64,000 nt of DNA from an uncultured beta proteobacterium (GTDB lineage Bacteria > Pseudomonadota > Gammaproteobacteria > Burkholderiales > Burkholderiaceae_C), in assembly GCA_963814435.1 (NCBI GenBank), contig CAWFCV010000016.1, positions 62,689-126,688 on the forward strand, read 5' to 3'. A program made the translations under genes and the position numbers. Below are positions 1 to 15,262 of the stretch, in pieces. The notes under the pieces were generated by a model. It worked only from the letters and a program-made list of their open reading frames with translations, was not told the DNA's origin and did no database searches. The stretch's first letter is position 1; each line of letters begins with the position of its first letter.

Positions 1-10
1 GCTCATCGCG

Positions 11-1879
11 GTGTCAACCTCCGGCCTGTGCCTGGTGGCAGCCCGCCACCTGCCCACGCCACGACTGCGCACCTTCCTGCTGCCGTGGATTCTCAGCCTG
101 CTGATCGGCACCGCGCTGCTCGCCACGGTGCGGCTGCTGCCGGGCAGCCAGACACCGCTGAGCTGGAACCCGGCCTGGGGCTTCGCCGCGACCGTGAGCC
201 TGCTGATCTGCGGCGCCCTGACGCAGTGGTGGCTCGATTCGGCCGCGGGCCAGATGGCCGAGGACAACGGCGCGCAGGCCGCCACCGGCGTGGGCGTGTT
301 TGGCGTCGGTCTGGCGTGCGCGCACGCGCTGGCCCTGCAGGCCGTGCGCTTCGACGCCAATCCGACCCCGGCGGTGGACGGCCTGGATGCGTTGGGCCTG
401 ACCCTCGCCGCCACGCTGGGTGCACTGGCGGTGGCGATGGCGCTGCTGAGCGTCTGGGTCGAGGCCGGCAACCGGGAGCGCACCCGCACGCTGGCCACCT
501 CGCTGAACGAAGCCAACTCGCAGCTGCGCCGGCAGGCGTTCTGCGACCCGCTGACGACGTTGCCGAACCGTCTGCTGTTCGAGGAGCGGCTGCATCAGAC
601 GTTGCAGCGCGTCGGCCGTTCGCCCAGCGCGATGGCGGTGCTGTTCATCGACCTCGACGGCTTCAAGCCGATCAACGATTCCTTCGGCCACGCCGCGGGC
701 GACGTGGTGCTGCGCGAGGTCGGCGGCCGGCTGCTCGAGCTGGCGGGTGCCCAGGGCACCGCGGCGCGCGTCGGCGGCGACGAATTCCTGCTGCTGGTGC
801 CCAGCCCCGGCGGTCAGGAGGGCGCGGGCACCGCGGCGCAGCATGTGCTGCAGGCGCTGGGGCGTCCGTACCGCCTGCCGAATCGCGGCGAAGTGAAGCT
901 GTCGTGCTCGATCGGCATCGCGATATTCCCCGAGCACGGTTCCACCGCCAAGCTGATCGCCAATGCCGACGCCGCGATGTACGCGGCCAAGCGCACCGGC
1001 GGCTCGACCTTCGCGTTCTTCGAGGCGCGCATGGACCTGGACGTGCGCGAGCAGGTCGAAATGCAGAACGATCTGCGGCAGGCCATCGAGCGGCGCCAGC
1101 TGCAGCTGTACTACCAGCCGAAGATCCACGGCGCGTCCGGCCAGGTAACGGGTGTCGAGGCGCTGATCCGCTGGGACCATCCGGTGCGCGGACTGATCAG
1201 TCCCGAGGTGTTCATCCCGGTGGCCGAGCGCTTCGGCCTGATCGGCAGCATCGGCAACTGGGTGATCGAGGAAGCCTGCCGCCAGATCCGCCAGTGGCTC
1301 GACCTGGGGCTGCGCATGCGCGTCGCGGTGAACCTGTCGATGCACCAGCTGCGACAGGACGATCTGGTGCCGCGCATCCGCCGCGCGCTCGACGTGCACC
1401 GAGTGGACCCGAGCCTGCTGACGTTCGAGATCACCGAATCGGTGGCGATGGAGGACACGCAGGCTACGATGCGTTCGTTCGGCCATCTCGCCCGCATCGG
1501 CGCGTCGCTGTCGATCGACGACTTCGGCACCGGCTACTCGAGCCTGGCCTACCTGCGCAAGTTGCCGGCGCGACAGCTGAAGATCGACCGCGGTTTCGTG
1601 GCCGACATCGAGCACAGCTCCGACGCGCTGGCGGTGGTGGACGCCGTGATCAAGCTCGCGCACGCGCTCGGCCTGAAGGTGGTGGCCGAGGGGGTGGAGA
1701 CCGAACAGCAACGCGACATCCTGCTCGGGCTGCGCTGCGACGAGTTGCAGGGCTACCTGTTCGCCAAGCCGATGCCGGCCAAGATGCTCACGCTGTGGGC
1801 GATGGACGACGACGATGCGCACGACATCGAGTTCCGCCATTCGCTGTTCCAGGACCATTTCTCCAGTTCAGTCCGGTAG
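11..1879 (+). CDS. Membrane-anchored GGDEF/EAL (diguanylate cyclase/phosphodiesterase) c-di-GMP signalling protein. The frame is open to the left window edge, so the true 5' end may lie upstream.
   Basis: 622-aa ORF. Hydrophobic N-terminal third, then [10 protein letters not shown] (GGDEF) and [21 protein letters not shown] (EAL) motifs. Confidence 0.88.
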   Translation: MSTSGLCLVAARHLPTPRLRTFLLPWILSLLIGTALLATVRLLPGSQTPLSWNPAWGFAATVSLLICGALTQWWLDSAAGQMAEDNGAQAATGVGVFGVGLACAHALALQAVRFDANPTPAVDGLDALGLTLAATLGALAVAMALLSVWVEAGNRERTRTLATSLNEANSQLRRQAFCDPLTTLPNRLLFEERLHQTLQRVGRSPSAMAVLFIDLDGFKPINDSFGHAAGDVVLREVGGRLLELAGAQGTAARVGGDEFLLLVPSPGGQEGAGTAAQHVLQALGRPYRLPNRGEVKLSCSIGIAIFPEHGSTAKLIANADAAMYAAKRTGGSTFAFFEARMDLDVREQVEMQNDLRQAIERRQLQLYYQPKIHGASGQVTGVEALIRWDHPVRGLISPEVFIPVAERFGLIGSIGNWVIEEACRQIRQWLDLGLRMRVAVNLSMHQLRQDDLVPRIRRALDVHRVDPSLLTFEITESVAMEDTQATMRSFGHLARIGASLSIDDFGTGYSSLAYLRKLPARQLKIDRGFVADIEHSSDALAVVDAVIKLAHALGLKVVAEGVETEQQRDILLGLRCDELQGYLFAKPMPAKMLTLWAMDDDDAHDIEFRHSLFQDHFSSSVR

Positions 1880-1914
1880 CACGGTCGTTTGCGGCTCGTT
1901 CCTACAATGGCCAG

Positions 1915-2964
1915 ATGAACCCCTTGACTTACACCCGCGCGGCTCAGCTGCCCGGCATCCTGCAGCAGCGCATCGTCATCATCGATGGCGCGATGGGCAC
2001 GCAGATCCAGCGCTACAAGCTCGCCGAGGCCGACTACCGCGGCGAACGCTTCAGGGATCATCCCCGGGACCTGAAGGGCAACAACGAGCTGCTGCAGTTC
2101 AGCCGGCCCGACGTGATCCGCGAGATCCACGACGCCTACCTGGCGGCCGGCGCCGACATCATCGAGACCAACACCTTCGGCGCGACGCGTGTCGCGCAGG
2201 AGGACTATGGCCTCGCTCCGCTGGCGCGCGAGATGAACGTGGCCGCCGCACGCATTGCACGGCAGGCCGCCGACGCCGCCGCGACGCCCGACAGGCCGCG
2301 CTTCGTGGCCGGCGCCCTGGGCCCGACACCGCGCACGGCCAGCATCAGTCCCGACGTGAACGACCCCGCCGCGCGCAACACCAGCTTCGACGAACTGCGT
2401 GCCGCCTATCACGAGCAGGCCTCGGGTCTGCTGGAGGGTGGGGTGGATCTGTTCCTGGTGGAGACGATCTTCGACACGCTGAACGCGAAGGCCGCGATCT
2501 TTGCGCTCGAGGAGTTGATGGAGTCCAGCGGCGAACGCCTGCCGGTGATCATTTCAGGGACCGTGACCGACGCATCCGGCCGCATCCTGTCGGGGCAGAC
2601 GGTGCCGGCCTTCTGGCACTCGGTGCGCCATGCCCGGCCGCTCGCGGTGGGACTGAACTGCGCGCTCGGTGCGGCCCTGATGCGCCCCTACCTGGAGGAG
2701 CTCGCGAAGGTGGCGGCCGACACCTGGATCAGCTGCTACCCGAACGCCGGCCTGCCCAACCCGATGAGCGAGACGGGTTTCGACGAGACGCCCGCCGTCA
2801 CCGGCGGCTTGCTGGAGGAGTTCGCGCGCGCCGGCTTCCTCAACATCGCCGGCGGCTGCTGCGGCACCACGCCGCAGCACATCGCCGAAATCGCGCGCCG
2901 CGTGTCGGCGTATCGCCCGCGCAGCCGGCGCGACCCGCTGTTCGGCGAGCTGTTGGCGGCGTAG
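1915..2964 (+). CDS. metH: Homocysteine S-methyltransferase-domain protein: the N-terminal module of a split cobalamin-dependent methionine synthase
   Basis: ATG at 1915 inside ORF 28..2964. The upstream part of that ORF is an Arg/Pro/Gly-rich alternative frame of the GGDEF gene. 349 aa, [23 protein letters not shown].., ending with [11 protein letters not shown] as in the Hcy-binding barrel of MetH. Confidence 0.88.
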   Translation: MNPLTYTRAAQLPGILQQRIVIIDGAMGTQIQRYKLAEADYRGERFRDHPRDLKGNNELLQFSRPDVIREIHDAYLAAGADIIETNTFGATRVAQEDYGLAPLAREMNVAAARIARQAADAAATPDRPRFVAGALGPTPRTASISPDVNDPAARNTSFDELRAAYHEQASGLLEGGVDLFLVETIFDTLNAKAAIFALEELMESSGERLPVIISGTVTDASGRILSGQTVPAFWHSVRHARPLAVGLNCALGAALMRPYLEELAKVAADTWISCYPNAGLPNPMSETGFDETPAVTGGLLEEFARAGFLNIAGGCCGTTPQHIAEIARRVSAYRPRSRRDPLFGELLAA

Positions 2965-2967
2965 CGC

Positions 2968-3555
2968 TCACGGCGCTGCGCGCGACGCAGCCCGGGACGC
3001 CGGGAACGCGCCGGCCGGCGACGGCAGCGCACGATCCTCGAGCTTGTCGATCGCCACCGGCCCCGGCACGACGCGCATCGTCACCGTCTCGCCGGTCGGC
3101 GCTGGCTGCGTCACGACGCGCAGCGCAATCACGCCGCGTGAACCGAGGTAAGTGCGCATGGCCGCGGCACGGGTCGCCGGCCCAGGCGCCGCCACCTGGA
3201 GCTTGGCGCTCGGCTGCCGGCTCATGCTGGCCGCCAGCTTGTCCAGCACCGCGCGCAACGGCGGCTTTGGCGATGCCGACTTGTCGTCGAACGAAAACGC
3301 CATCGGCACGTCGACCCGCATGGCGCCGTCGCTCTCGCTGGCCACGCGAACCGGCGTGCCGTCGAACAGCGCCTGCATCCAACGCAGCTCGGCCGCGAGC
3401 ACGGTCGGCGGCGGCTGGCCCGGGCGCGGCGGCTCGGCCGCAGGTGATCCCGACGGCGTCGGCAGCGCGCCGGTGATGGAAGGCGGAGCCGGCGCCGCGC
3501 AGCCCACCAGCAAGGCCAATCCAGCCAGACTCAGTCGCAGCACCATACGTCGCAT
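2968..3555 (-). CDS. Hypothetical lipoprotein, antisense-oriented between the two metH pieces
   Basis: ORF 2968..3576. MRRMVLRLSLAGLALLVGC signal with lipobox, followed by a Pro/Ala-rich linker. No family recognised. Start chosen at the internal ATG 3555. Confidence 0.5.
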   Translation of the reverse strand: MRRMVLRLSLAGLALLVGCAAPAPPSITGALPTPSGSPAAEPPRPGQPPPTVLAAELRWMQALFDGTPVRVASESDGAMRVDVPMAFSFDDKSASPKPPLRAVLDKLAASMSRQPSAKLQVAAPGPATRAAAMRTYLGSRGVIALRVVTQPAPTGETVTMRVVPGPVAIDKLEDRALPSPAGAFPASRAASRAAP

Positions 3556-3631
3556 TGGACATCCTTGGCGAAACACCCTCCAGCCACCCGGTTGAGGGCC
3601 ATCGGGTAGTGTCGCTCAAGCTAGAATTTGC

Positions 3632-3728
3632 GCTCGGTCCGAGGAGCGTTGCGACGGCACATCAGGTGCTGCCAGGCTCGGGCCGGATGCCGGGTGAACC
3701 ACTCGGCGTCGTGCAACGGCGCTCACCC
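3632..3728 (+). promoter_or_regulatory. SAH (S-adenosylhomocysteine) riboswitch-like leader upstream of the large metH piece
   Basis: CCGAGGAGCGUUGCGAC ... CAGGCUCGG ... CAACGGCGCUCAC. These blocks match my recollection of the SAH riboswitch consensus (Rfam SAH_riboswitch), which is known upstream of metH/ahcY in beta-proteobacteria. It ends ~70 nt before ATG 3798. Not verified with a covariance model. Confidence 0.62.
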
Positions 3729-3797
3729 CGGCCGCTCGGGCGGCCCCGCGGGTGAGCCGCGGGGCGGCGCACGCGGCCAGTCAGGCAACCGCTGCAG

Positions 3798-6537
<2,740 letters not shown>

Positions 6538-6604
6538 GGTCATTCCGGCGACCCGGGCCCGCCCGATGGCGCCACGGCCGGGTCCCACGATCCGCCGGCG
6601 CAGC

Positions 6605-8139
6605 TCACGCGCCCGGCAGCCCGCGGCGCAAGCTGCATCGCCTCGGCCAGGTGGCCGACGCTGATGTGCGCGTCGTCGTCGAGGTCGGCGATCGTGCGCG
6701 CCACCTTCAGCACGCGATGCAGGCTGCGCCCCGACCAGCCCAGGCGCAGCGCGGCCTGCTCGGCGAACGAGCCGGGCCGCGGCATCCAGCGCGCAATGGC
6801 GATCGATGCCCTGCCCCACGAGGTCGGCGTTGACCTGGCCCTGTCGCGTCAGCTGGCGCGTCGCGTGCCTGCGAGACGCGCACCGCGATGGCGCGCCGAG
6901 CTCTCGCCATCGGGCTCGGCGGCCAGCATGGCGCCGGGCTTGACGGCGCCGACCTCGACCTGCAGGTCGATGCGGTCGAGCAGCGGGCCCGAGATGCGGC
7001 CCTGGTAGCGCGCCACCTGGTCGGGCGTGCAGCGGCACCGGTGCCCCGCGCCATCGTCTGCGCCCAGCCAGCCGCAGGGGCACGGGTTCATCGCGGCCAC
7101 CAGCTGAAACCGCGCCGGGAACTGCGCCTGCCGCGCCGCGCGCGAGATGGTGATGCGGCCGTTCTCGAGCGGCTCGCGCAGGCTCTCGAGCGCCGAGCGC
7201 GCGAACTCCGGCAGCTCGTCGAGAAACAGCACGCCGGCGTGCGCCAGCGAGATCTCGCCCGGCCGCGGTGGTGAACCGCCGCCCACCAGCGCGACCGCGC
7301 TGGCCGTGTGGTGCGGCGCGCGCACGGGCCGCTGGTGCCAGGTCGCGGCATCGAAGCCGCGCGGCGTCAGCCCCGACAGCGCCGCGCTGGCCAGCGCCTC
7401 GTCCTCGGTCATCGGCGGCAGCAGTCCCGGCAAGCGCTGCGCGAGCATCGACTTGCCGCTGCCCGGCGGGCCCACCATCAGCAGGCTGTGTCCGCCCGCG
7501 GCGGCGATCTCGAGCGCGCGCTTGGCGGCGGCCTGGCCCTTCACGTCGCGCAGGTCCGGCGTGGAGTCCCGCATGCGTCGGCTGCAGTCGCGCGCGCGCG
7601 CGGCAGCGTCGGCGCGTCGGGTTCGTCGCGCATCGCGCGCACCACGTCGAGCAGGTGCTGCGCCTCGCGCACATCGAGCCCGGTGGCGAGCGCCGCCTGC
7701 TGTGCGCTGACGGCCGGCAGCACGAGCGTGCGCTGCGCATGGCGGCGGCGCATCGCCAGCGCCAGGGCCAGTGCACCGCGCACCGGGCGCAGCTCGCCGG
7801 CCAGCGACAACTCGCCGGCGAACTCGTGTTGCGCCAGGCGGGCGCGTCCAGCTGCCCGTCGGCGGCCAGGATGCCGAGCGCGATCGGCAGGTCGAATCGA
7901 CCCGACTCCTTGGGCAGGTCGGCCGGCGCCAGGCTGACGGTGATGCGCTTGTTGTGCGGGAACACGAAGCCGCTGTTGGTCAGCGCCGCGCGCACCCGTT
8001 CGCGCGATTCCTTCACTTCGGTGTCCGCCAGCCCGACCAGCGTGAAGCTCGGCAGGCCGTTGGCCAGATGGACCTCGACCTGCACCTCCGGCGCGTCCAG
8101 CCCGTCCAGCGCGCGGCTCGCGATCACTGCCAACGACAT
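6605..8139 (-). pseudogene. comM: YifB/ComM family Mg-chelatase-like ATPase, about six frame disruptions
   Basis: MSLAVIASRALDGLDAPEVQVEV.. N-terminus, Walker [30 protein letters not shown]-terminal HRVLKVARTIADL. The pieces lie in ORFs 5833..8277, 7541..8371, 6849..7574, 6707..7054 and 6540..6785. Shifts near 7842, 7590, 6893, 6859, 6785 and 6628. The 3' end is uncertain (6540 or 6605). Confidence 0.8.
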
Positions 8140-8215
8140 CGCGCCAGTTCTCCTCCCTGCTGGCATTTTGCTCCAGCCGTTCATGGCGCCCGTTCGCCGC
8201 ACCGAGGGGGACTTC

Positions 8216-8276
8216 TGGCACCAATCGAGTGCCCGATTCGTTCTTGCGCATCGTCTTGGTGCTCCAACGCGGTGCA
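8216..8276 (+). promoter_or_regulatory. Candidate NtrC upstream activator sites
   Basis: TGCTCCAACGCGGTGCA (8260-8276) resembles the NtrC consensus TGCACCnnnnTGGTGCA. A second dyad GGCACCAATCGAGTGCC sits at ~8216-8233. Both lie upstream of the sigma-54 element. Confidence 0.4.
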
Positions 8277-8329
8277 TCTGCGCCGCCAGGACGCACGTGC
8301 ATCCCGGTGGGGACGCCTTCGAGTGTGCA

Positions 8330-8345
8330 TGGCACGGAAGCTGCA
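8330..8345 (+). promoter_or_regulatory. Sigma-54 (-24/-12) promoter for torF-glnK-amtB
   Basis: TGGCACGGAAGCTGCA matches TGGCAC-N5-TTGCA apart from one position. It lies ~48 nt upstream of ATG 8393. Confidence 0.55.
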
Positions 8346-8392
8346 GAAGCAGTGCAGCTTTCCTCGATCAACCCGCAACGGAGTCAAAACCG

Positions 8393-9492
<1,100 letters not shown>

Positions 9493-9535
9493 CCGACCGG
9501 CCAGCCCACAACACAACAGACATGAAGACCACAAC

Positions 9536-11044
9536 ATGAGAAAGCTCATCGCTTCCTTTGCCCTCGGCCTCGCGCTGCTGGGCTTCGGCGGGAACCTCGC
9601 TCGCGCAGAGCCCCGGCGGCCTCGGCGCCGGCGGCGCAGGCGTCGGCACCCGCCGCCGCGGCCGCGGCATCCGCGCCGGCGGCCGCCAGCGCGCCGGCGG
9701 CCGCGGCGTCGGCGCCGGTGCCGAACAAGGGCGACACGGCCTGGATGCTGGTGGCCACGCTGCTGGTCATCATGATGACGGTGCCGGGCCTGGCGCTGTT
9801 CTATGGCGGCCTGGTGCGCAGCAAGAACATGCTGTCGGTGCTGATGCAGGTGATGGTGACCTTCTCGCTGATCGTCGTGCTGTGGGCCTTGTACGGCTAC
9901 AGCCTGGCGTTCTCGGAGGGCAACGCCTTCTTCGGCGGCATGGACCGGCTGTTCCTGAAGGGGCTGTTCGATCCGGCCGACGGCACCTTTGCGATGGGCG
10001 CCACGTTCAGCAAGGGTGTCTACATCCCCGAGCTGTTGTTCGCCGCCTTCCAGGCCACCTTCGCCGGCATCACCTGCTGCCTGATCGTCGGCGCCTTCGC
10101 CGAGCGCATCAAGTTCAGCGCGGTGCTGCTGTTCATGGCGCTGTGGTTCACCTTCAGCTATGCGCCGATCGCGCACATGGTGTGGTTCTGGATGGGTCCG
10201 GATGCCTACACCGGCAAGGAAGTGGTCGATGCCGATGAACGCCAAGGCCGGCTACCTGTGGCAGATGGGCGCGCTCGACTTCGCCGGCGGCACGGTGGTG
10301 CACATCAACGCCGCGGTGGCCGGCATCGTCGGTGCCTTCATGATCGGCAAGCGCGTCGGCTACGGCAAGGAAGCCATGGCGCCGCACAGCCTGCCGCTGA
10401 CGATGGTCGGCGCCGCGATGCTGTGGGTCGGCTGGTTCGGCTTCAATGCCGGCTCGGCGCTGGAAGCGGGCAACTCGGCGGTGCTGGCGTTCATGAACAC
10501 CTTCACCGCCACCTCGGCCGCCGTGCTGGCCTGGTGCCTGGGTGAGGCCATGATGCGCGGCAAGGCCTCGATGCTGGGTGCGGCCTCGGGTGCGGTGGCC
10601 GGCCTGGTGGCGATCACGCCGGCGGCGGGCAACGTCGGCCTGATGGGCGCGATCGTCATCGGCTTCGTCGCCGGCTTCGCCTGCCTGTGGGGCGTCAACG
10701 GCCTGAAGCGCCTGCTCGGCGCCGACGACTCGCTCGACGTGTTCGGCGTGCACGGCGTCGGCGGCATCGTCGGCGCGCTGCTGACCGGCGTGTTCAACAC
10801 CCAGGATCTCGGCGGCCCGGGCCTGGTGACCGACTGGGTCACCGCCACGGTCGGCTCCAACGGCATCGGCGCACAGGTCTGGATCCAGCTGAAGGCGGTG
10901 CTGCTGACCATCGTCTGGTCGGGCGTGGTGGCCGCGGCCTCGTACAAGATCGTCGATCTGGTGATCGGTCTGCGCGTCGCCGAAGAGGAAGAGCGCGAAG
11001 GCCTGGACATCAGCTCGCACGGCGAGACGGCCTACAGCAAGTAG
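9536..11044 (+). pseudogene. amtB: Ammonium transporter AmtB, about three +1 frame steps
   Basis: Signal peptide MRKLIASFALGLALLGF (ORF 9536..), Ala/Pro-rich linker, then DTAWMLVATLLVIMMTVPGLALFYGG (ORF 9718..) and DFAGGTVVHINAAVAG ... GVHGVGGIVGALLTG (ORF 10160..11044). Shifts at ~9600 (two) and ~10233. Confidence 0.9.
9596..9717 (+). repeat. Low-complexity Ala/Pro/Ser-coding repeat at the AmtB N-terminus
   Basis: Reiterated gcgccggcggccgc(g/c) units encoding ..ASAPAAAQASAPAAAAAASAPAAAASAPAAAASAP.. between the signal peptide and the first TM helix. Confidence 0.6.
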
Positions 11045-11068
11045 TCATCAAGGATCTACAGCGAGCTT

Positions 11069-11095
11069 GGGGCTGCCGGCGGGCAGCCCCTTTTT
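11069..11095 (+). terminator. Rho-independent terminator after amtB
   Basis: ggggctgcc-ggcg-ggcagcccc hairpin followed by ttttt, 25 nt after the amtB stop. Confidence 0.75.
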
Positions 11096-11167
11096 ATGGG
11101 CACGCCGGCCGCCGCTCGGTACGGGGGGCGCCTAGAATTCGAGCGTTCCGCCCGCAACTGAAGGCGC

Positions 11168-12466
11168 ATGGTCCCCCACCTCATCACCGCGCTGAACGGC
11201 CCGATCAACGAGCTCGAGCAGCGCATCCTCGAGTCCATGCCGGCCATCGAGCGCTGGTTCAGGCTCGAGTGGATGGAGCACACGCCGCCGTTCTACACCT
11301 CGGTGGATATCCGCAATGCGGGCTTCAAGCTGGCGCCGGTGGACACCAACCTGTTTCCCGGCTGGCTTCAACAATCTGACGCCCGAGATGCTGCCGCTGG
11401 CCGTGCAGGCGGCGATGGCGGCGATCGAGAAGATCTGCCCCGAAGCCAAGAACCTGCTGCTGATCCCGAGAGCGGCATACCCGCAATACGTTCTATCTGT
11501 CGAACGTGCAGCGCCTGATGCGCATCTTCCACCAGGCCGGGTTGAACGTGCGGCTGGGCACACTCGACGAGGCGATCAAGGCGCCGACCCAGCTGGCGCT
11601 GCCCGATGGCGGCGAACTGACGCTCGAGCCGCTGGTGCGCACCCGCGGGCGCCTGGGACTGAAGGATTTCGACCCGTGCACGATCCTGCTCAACAACGAC
11701 CTGTCGTCCGGCATCCCCAAGGTGCTGCGAGGGTCTGCACGAGCAGTATCTGCTGCCGCCGCTGCACGCCGGCTGGGCCGTGCGCCGCAAGAGCCGGCAC
11801 TTCCGCAGCTACGACGAGGTGTCCAAGAAGTTCGCCAAGTTGCTCGGCATGGACCCATGGCTGATCAATCCGATGGCCGCGCACTGCGGCAAGGTCGACT
11901 TCGACGCCAGCGAGGGGCTCGACTGCGTGCGCGGCCACACCGAGGCGCTGCTGACCAAGCTGCGGCGCAAGTACAAGGAGTTCGGCATCAGCGAGAAGCC
12001 CTTCGTCGTCGTCAAGGCCGACAACGGCACCTACGGCATGGGCATCATGACCGTGCGCGACGCCAAGGAGCTCGACGAGATCAACCGCCGCACGCGCAAC
12101 AAGATGAGCGTCGTGAAGGATGGCCAGCAGGTCAGCGAAGTGATCATCCAGGAAGGCGTGCCGACCTACGAGCGGATCAACGACGCGGTGGCCGAGCCGG
12201 TGGTCTACATGATCGACCGCTACGTGGTCGGCGGCTTCTACCGCGTGCATGCCGAGCGCGGCATCGACGAGAACCTCAACGCGCCGGGCTCGAGCTTCGT
12301 GCCGCTGGCCTTCGCCGAGAGCCATCACCTGCCCAAACTGGGCGAGAAGCCCGGCGTCAGCGCGCCCAACCGCTTCTACATGTACGGCGTGATCGGGCGC
12401 CTGGCGATGCTGGCGGCCAGCTACGAACTCGAGGCCACCGACCCCGACGCCGAAGTCTACGAGTAG
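11168..12466 (+). pseudogene. gshA: Glutamate--cysteine ligase (proteobacterial type), at least three +1 frame steps
   Basis: MVPHLITALNGPINELEQRILESMPAIERWFRLEW..DIRNAGFKLAPVDTNLFP / GFNNLTPEMLPLAVQAAMAAIEKICPEAKNLLLIP / NTFYLSNVQRLMRIFHQAGLNVRLG / [34 protein letters not shown]. Frames 2>0>1>2 near 11361, 11470 and 11732. Confidence 0.85.
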
Positions 12467-12557
12467 CCCGGCCGACTCGCTGGGCCATGCAGCCGGTTCA
12501 CAGGCGCACAATAGCCGCTTCGGCACGAAGGCCCGCGCACGAAACGGGTCATCTCCT

Positions 12558-14435
12558 GTGAGCAAGGCCTCCCACACCCCCGGCGCGGTTGCCGCGCTGA
12601 CGCTCGGTGCGCTGGGTGTCGTGTACGGCGACATCGGCACGAGCCCGCTGTACGCGCTGAAGGAGGTGTTCCACGCCGGCCATGTGGCGCTCACGCACGC
12701 CAACATGCTGGGCGTGCTGTCGCTGATCTTCTGGACGATCACCGTGATCGTCTCGTTGAAGTACGTGCTGCTGATCCTGCGCGCCGACAACAACGGCGAG
12801 GGCGGCCTGATCGCGATGCTGGCGCTGGCCACGACGGCCGTGAAGGACCGACCTTCGCTGCGGCGCAAGCTGATGGTGGTGGGCCTGTTCGGCACCGCGA
12901 TCTTCTATGGCGACGGCGTCATCACGCCGGCGATCTCGGTGCTGTCGGCCGTGGAGGGCCTGCGCGTGGCCGCGCCGGCGCTCGATGCGTGGGTGATTCC
13001 GCTGACGCTCATCGTGCTGACGCTGCTGTTCGCGGCGCAGCGCTACGGCACCGGCGGCATCGGCAAGACCTTCGGCCCGATCACGCTGATCTGGTTCATC
13101 GTGCTGATCGCGCTCGGCCTGCCGCACATCGTGGAGCAGCCCGAGGTGCTGGTCGCGCTGAACCCGGCGTATGCGATCGACTTCTTCCGGACGCAGCCGC
13201 AGATCGCCTTCATCGCGCTGGGCGCGGTGGTGCTGGTGGTCACCGGCGGCGAGGCGCTGTACGCCGATCTCGGCCACTTCGGCAAGCTGCCGATCCGCAT
13301 CGCCTGGTACGGCCTGGTGATGCCGGCGCTGGTGATCAACTACTTCGGCCAGGGCGCGATGCTGCTCGACAACCCGCAGGCGGTCGAGAATCCGTTCTAC
13401 CTGATGGCTCCCGGCTGGGCGCAACTGCCGCTGGTCGTGCTGGCCACGGCCGCCACGGTGATCGCCTCGCAGGCGCTGATCACGGCCGCCTTCTCGGTCA
13501 CCAAGCAGGCGATCCAGCTCGGCCTGCTGCCGCGCATGAACATCCAGCACACCTCGGTGCGCGACACCGGTCAGATCTACGTGCCGTTCATCAACTGGAG
13601 CCTGTACGCGTTCATCGTGCTGGCGGTGATGCTGTTCCGGACGTCGTCGAACCTGGCCACTGCCTACGGCATCGCGGTGACGCTGGACATGACCATCACC
13701 ACCGTGATGACCTTCTTCGTCATCCGCTACGGCTGGAAGTACCCGTTGCTGCTGTGCATCGCGGCCACCGGGTTCTTCTTCGTCGTCGACGTCGCGTTCT
13801 TCCTGTCCAACATGCTCAAGATCATGTCCGGCGGCTGGTTCCCGCTGCTGATCGGCAGCGGCATGTTCATGCTGATGCTCACGTGGAAGCAGGGTCGCAA
13901 GCTGGTGAGCGACCGGCTGCGCGACGACGCGATCGACCTCAAGGGTTTTCTCGAAGCGGTGTTCGTCAGTCCGCCGACGCGGGTGGAGGGCACCGCGGTG
14001 TTCCTGGTCGCCGATCCGGGGCTGACGCCGAACGCGCTGATGCACAACCTGAAGCACAACAAGGTGCTGCACGCGTACAACCTGTTCGTCAACGTGCGGC
14101 ATCACGAGGTGCCGTGGGTCGGCTTCGACAGGCGCCTGACGCTGGAGCCGCTGGGGCACGACTGCTGGCAGGTGACGCTGAACTTCGGCTTCAAGAACGA
14201 TCCCGACGTGCCCGAGGCGCTCAAGCTCCTGCAGGGCCGCGGCATCCCGTTGCCCGAGATGGACACCAGCTACTTCCTCAGCCGCGACATCGTGATGCCT
14301 TCGCTCGGAAAGGGCATGTCGCTGTGGCGCGAGAAGCTGTTCGCCGGCATGCACCGCAACGCCGCGGCGGCGGCCGACTTCCTGAACCTGCCGTCGAACC
14401 GGATCGTCGAACTCGGCGGCAAGGTCGAGATCTGA
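12558..14435 (+). CDS. kup: Potassium uptake protein Kup (KUP/HAK/KT family)
   Basis: Intact 625-aa [22 protein letters not shown] signature and a multi-TM body with a cytoplasmic C-terminal domain. Confidence 0.95.
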   Translation: MSKASHTPGAVAALTLGALGVVYGDIGTSPLYALKEVFHAGHVALTHANMLGVLSLIFWTITVIVSLKYVLLILRADNNGEGGLIAMLALATTAVKDRPSLRRKLMVVGLFGTAIFYGDGVITPAISVLSAVEGLRVAAPALDAWVIPLTLIVLTLLFAAQRYGTGGIGKTFGPITLIWFIVLIALGLPHIVEQPEVLVALNPAYAIDFFRTQPQIAFIALGAVVLVVTGGEALYADLGHFGKLPIRIAWYGLVMPALVINYFGQGAMLLDNPQAVENPFYLMAPGWAQLPLVVLATAATVIASQALITAAFSVTKQAIQLGLLPRMNIQHTSVRDTGQIYVPFINWSLYAFIVLAVMLFRTSSNLATAYGIAVTLDMTITTVMTFFVIRYGWKYPLLLCIAATGFFFVVDVAFFLSNMLKIMSGGWFPLLIGSGMFMLMLTWKQGRKLVSDRLRDDAIDLKGFLEAVFVSPPTRVEGTAVFLVADPGLTPNALMHNLKHNKVLHAYNLFVNVRHHEVPWVGFDRRLTLEPLGHDCWQVTLNFGFKNDPDVPEALKLLQGRGIPLPEMDTSYFLSRDIVMPSLGKGMSLWREKLFAGMHRNAAAAADFLNLPSNRIVELGGKVEI

Positions 14436-14444
14436 GCCGCGGCG

Positions 14445-15194
14445 TCAGTGCGCCGCGCGCAGGTGGACGACCTCGCCGACCGCCAGCGGCTGCCAGGCCG
14501 ACGCATCGTCGTCGTCCAGCGGCTCGGAGGCCACCAGCGAACTGCGCGGTCCGCGCCGCCGGTACAACGTCGGCGGCGTGTCGTCGCTGCTCAGGCGAAA
14601 GGCGTAGATCTGCTCGCCGTCGGCCAGCGCCGCCGCGAACCGCAGTGGCTCGTGGATCCCGTGTTGGTGCATCAGCGCCGTCGTGAGATCGAATACGCGG
14701 CGCACGGCGTCGGGCGGCGACTCGCCGGCCTCGATGCGCGCCAGCGCCAGCAGGAACATCAGCTCCGAATCGGTGGCACCTTTGCGCGCCGCGTACAGCG
14801 TGTCGGGCAACTGTGCCTCGAGCGCGCGGCGCACGCGGGGGTAGCCGCCGATCTGGCCGTTGTGCATGAACAGCCACCGGCCGTGCCGGAAGGGGTGGCA
14901 GTTCTGCCGCGAGATGCCACCGCCGGTGGCCGCACGCACGTGCGCGAAGAACAGCCCCGAACGCACGGTGGCGGCCAGCGCCAGCAGGTTGTCGTCCGAC
15001 CACGCCGGCATCACCTCGCGGTACACCGCCGGCTCGGCGCGTTCGCCGTACCAGCCGATGCCGAAACCGTCGCCGTTGGTGACCGTGCGTGCCTGCTCGG
15101 CGCGCAACGACTGGCGCAGCAGCGAATGGCGCGGCTTGGCCACCAGCTCTTCAAGGAAGATCGGATCACCTCGATAGGCGATGAATCGGCACAT
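14445..15194 (-). CDS. Class II (Ntn) glutamine amidotransferase, EgtC/YafJ-like
   Basis: 249 aa starting MCRFIAY (Cys2 nucleophile), then NGDGFGIGWY and HPFRHGRWLFMHNGQIGG. Confidence 0.8.
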   Translation of the reverse strand: MCRFIAYRGDPIFLEELVAKPRHSLLRQSLRAEQARTVTNGDGFGIGWYGERAEPAVYREVMPAWSDDNLLALAATVRSGLFFAHVRAATGGGISRQNCHPFRHGRWLFMHNGQIGGYPRVRRALEAQLPDTLYAARKGATDSELMFLLALARIEAGESPPDAVRRVFDLTTALMHQHGIHEPLRFAAALADGEQIYAFRLSSDDTPPTLYRRRGPRSSLVASEPLDDDDASAWQPLAVGEVVHLRAAH

Positions 15195-15262
15195 GCGCGG
15201 CAGCCTCCTGCACGAAGTTGTCGACCAAACCGAGCCTATCTTGAGCAGCCGGCTATCCTGCC

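Noticed and set aside
14-1858. 614-aa ORF antisense to the GGDEF/EAL gene
   Set aside because: Its composition is dominated by Arg/Ala/Gly/His/Gln with no motifs. It exactly shadows a gene with clear GGDEF and EAL signatures. This is the typical stop-codon-poor antisense frame of very GC-rich DNA.
28-1914. Long N-terminal extension of ORF 28..2964, which would make a 978-aa protein
   Set aside because: The first ~630 aa are an Arg/Pro/Gly-rich alternative frame of the GGDEF/EAL gene. MetH-like sequence begins only at ATG 1915, which follows the upstream stop at 1879.
3577-3797. Cobalamin (B12) riboswitch upstream of metH
   Set aside because: I could find no B12-box-like element. The conserved blocks present match the SAH riboswitch pattern instead, and B12 riboswitches normally regulate metE or transport genes rather than metH.
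12549-14354. 601-aa antisense ORF over kup. Similar cases: 16159..18879 (906 aa, over gshB/uup), 38426..39970 (over atpA), 41261..43177 (over atpD/atpC), 58494..60851 (785 aa, over dctM), 33665..35263 and 9076..10245.
   Set aside because: All are mirror-strand shadows of confidently identified genes. They have extreme Arg/His/Gln/Asp/Gly bias and no recognisable domains, so they are not reported as features.
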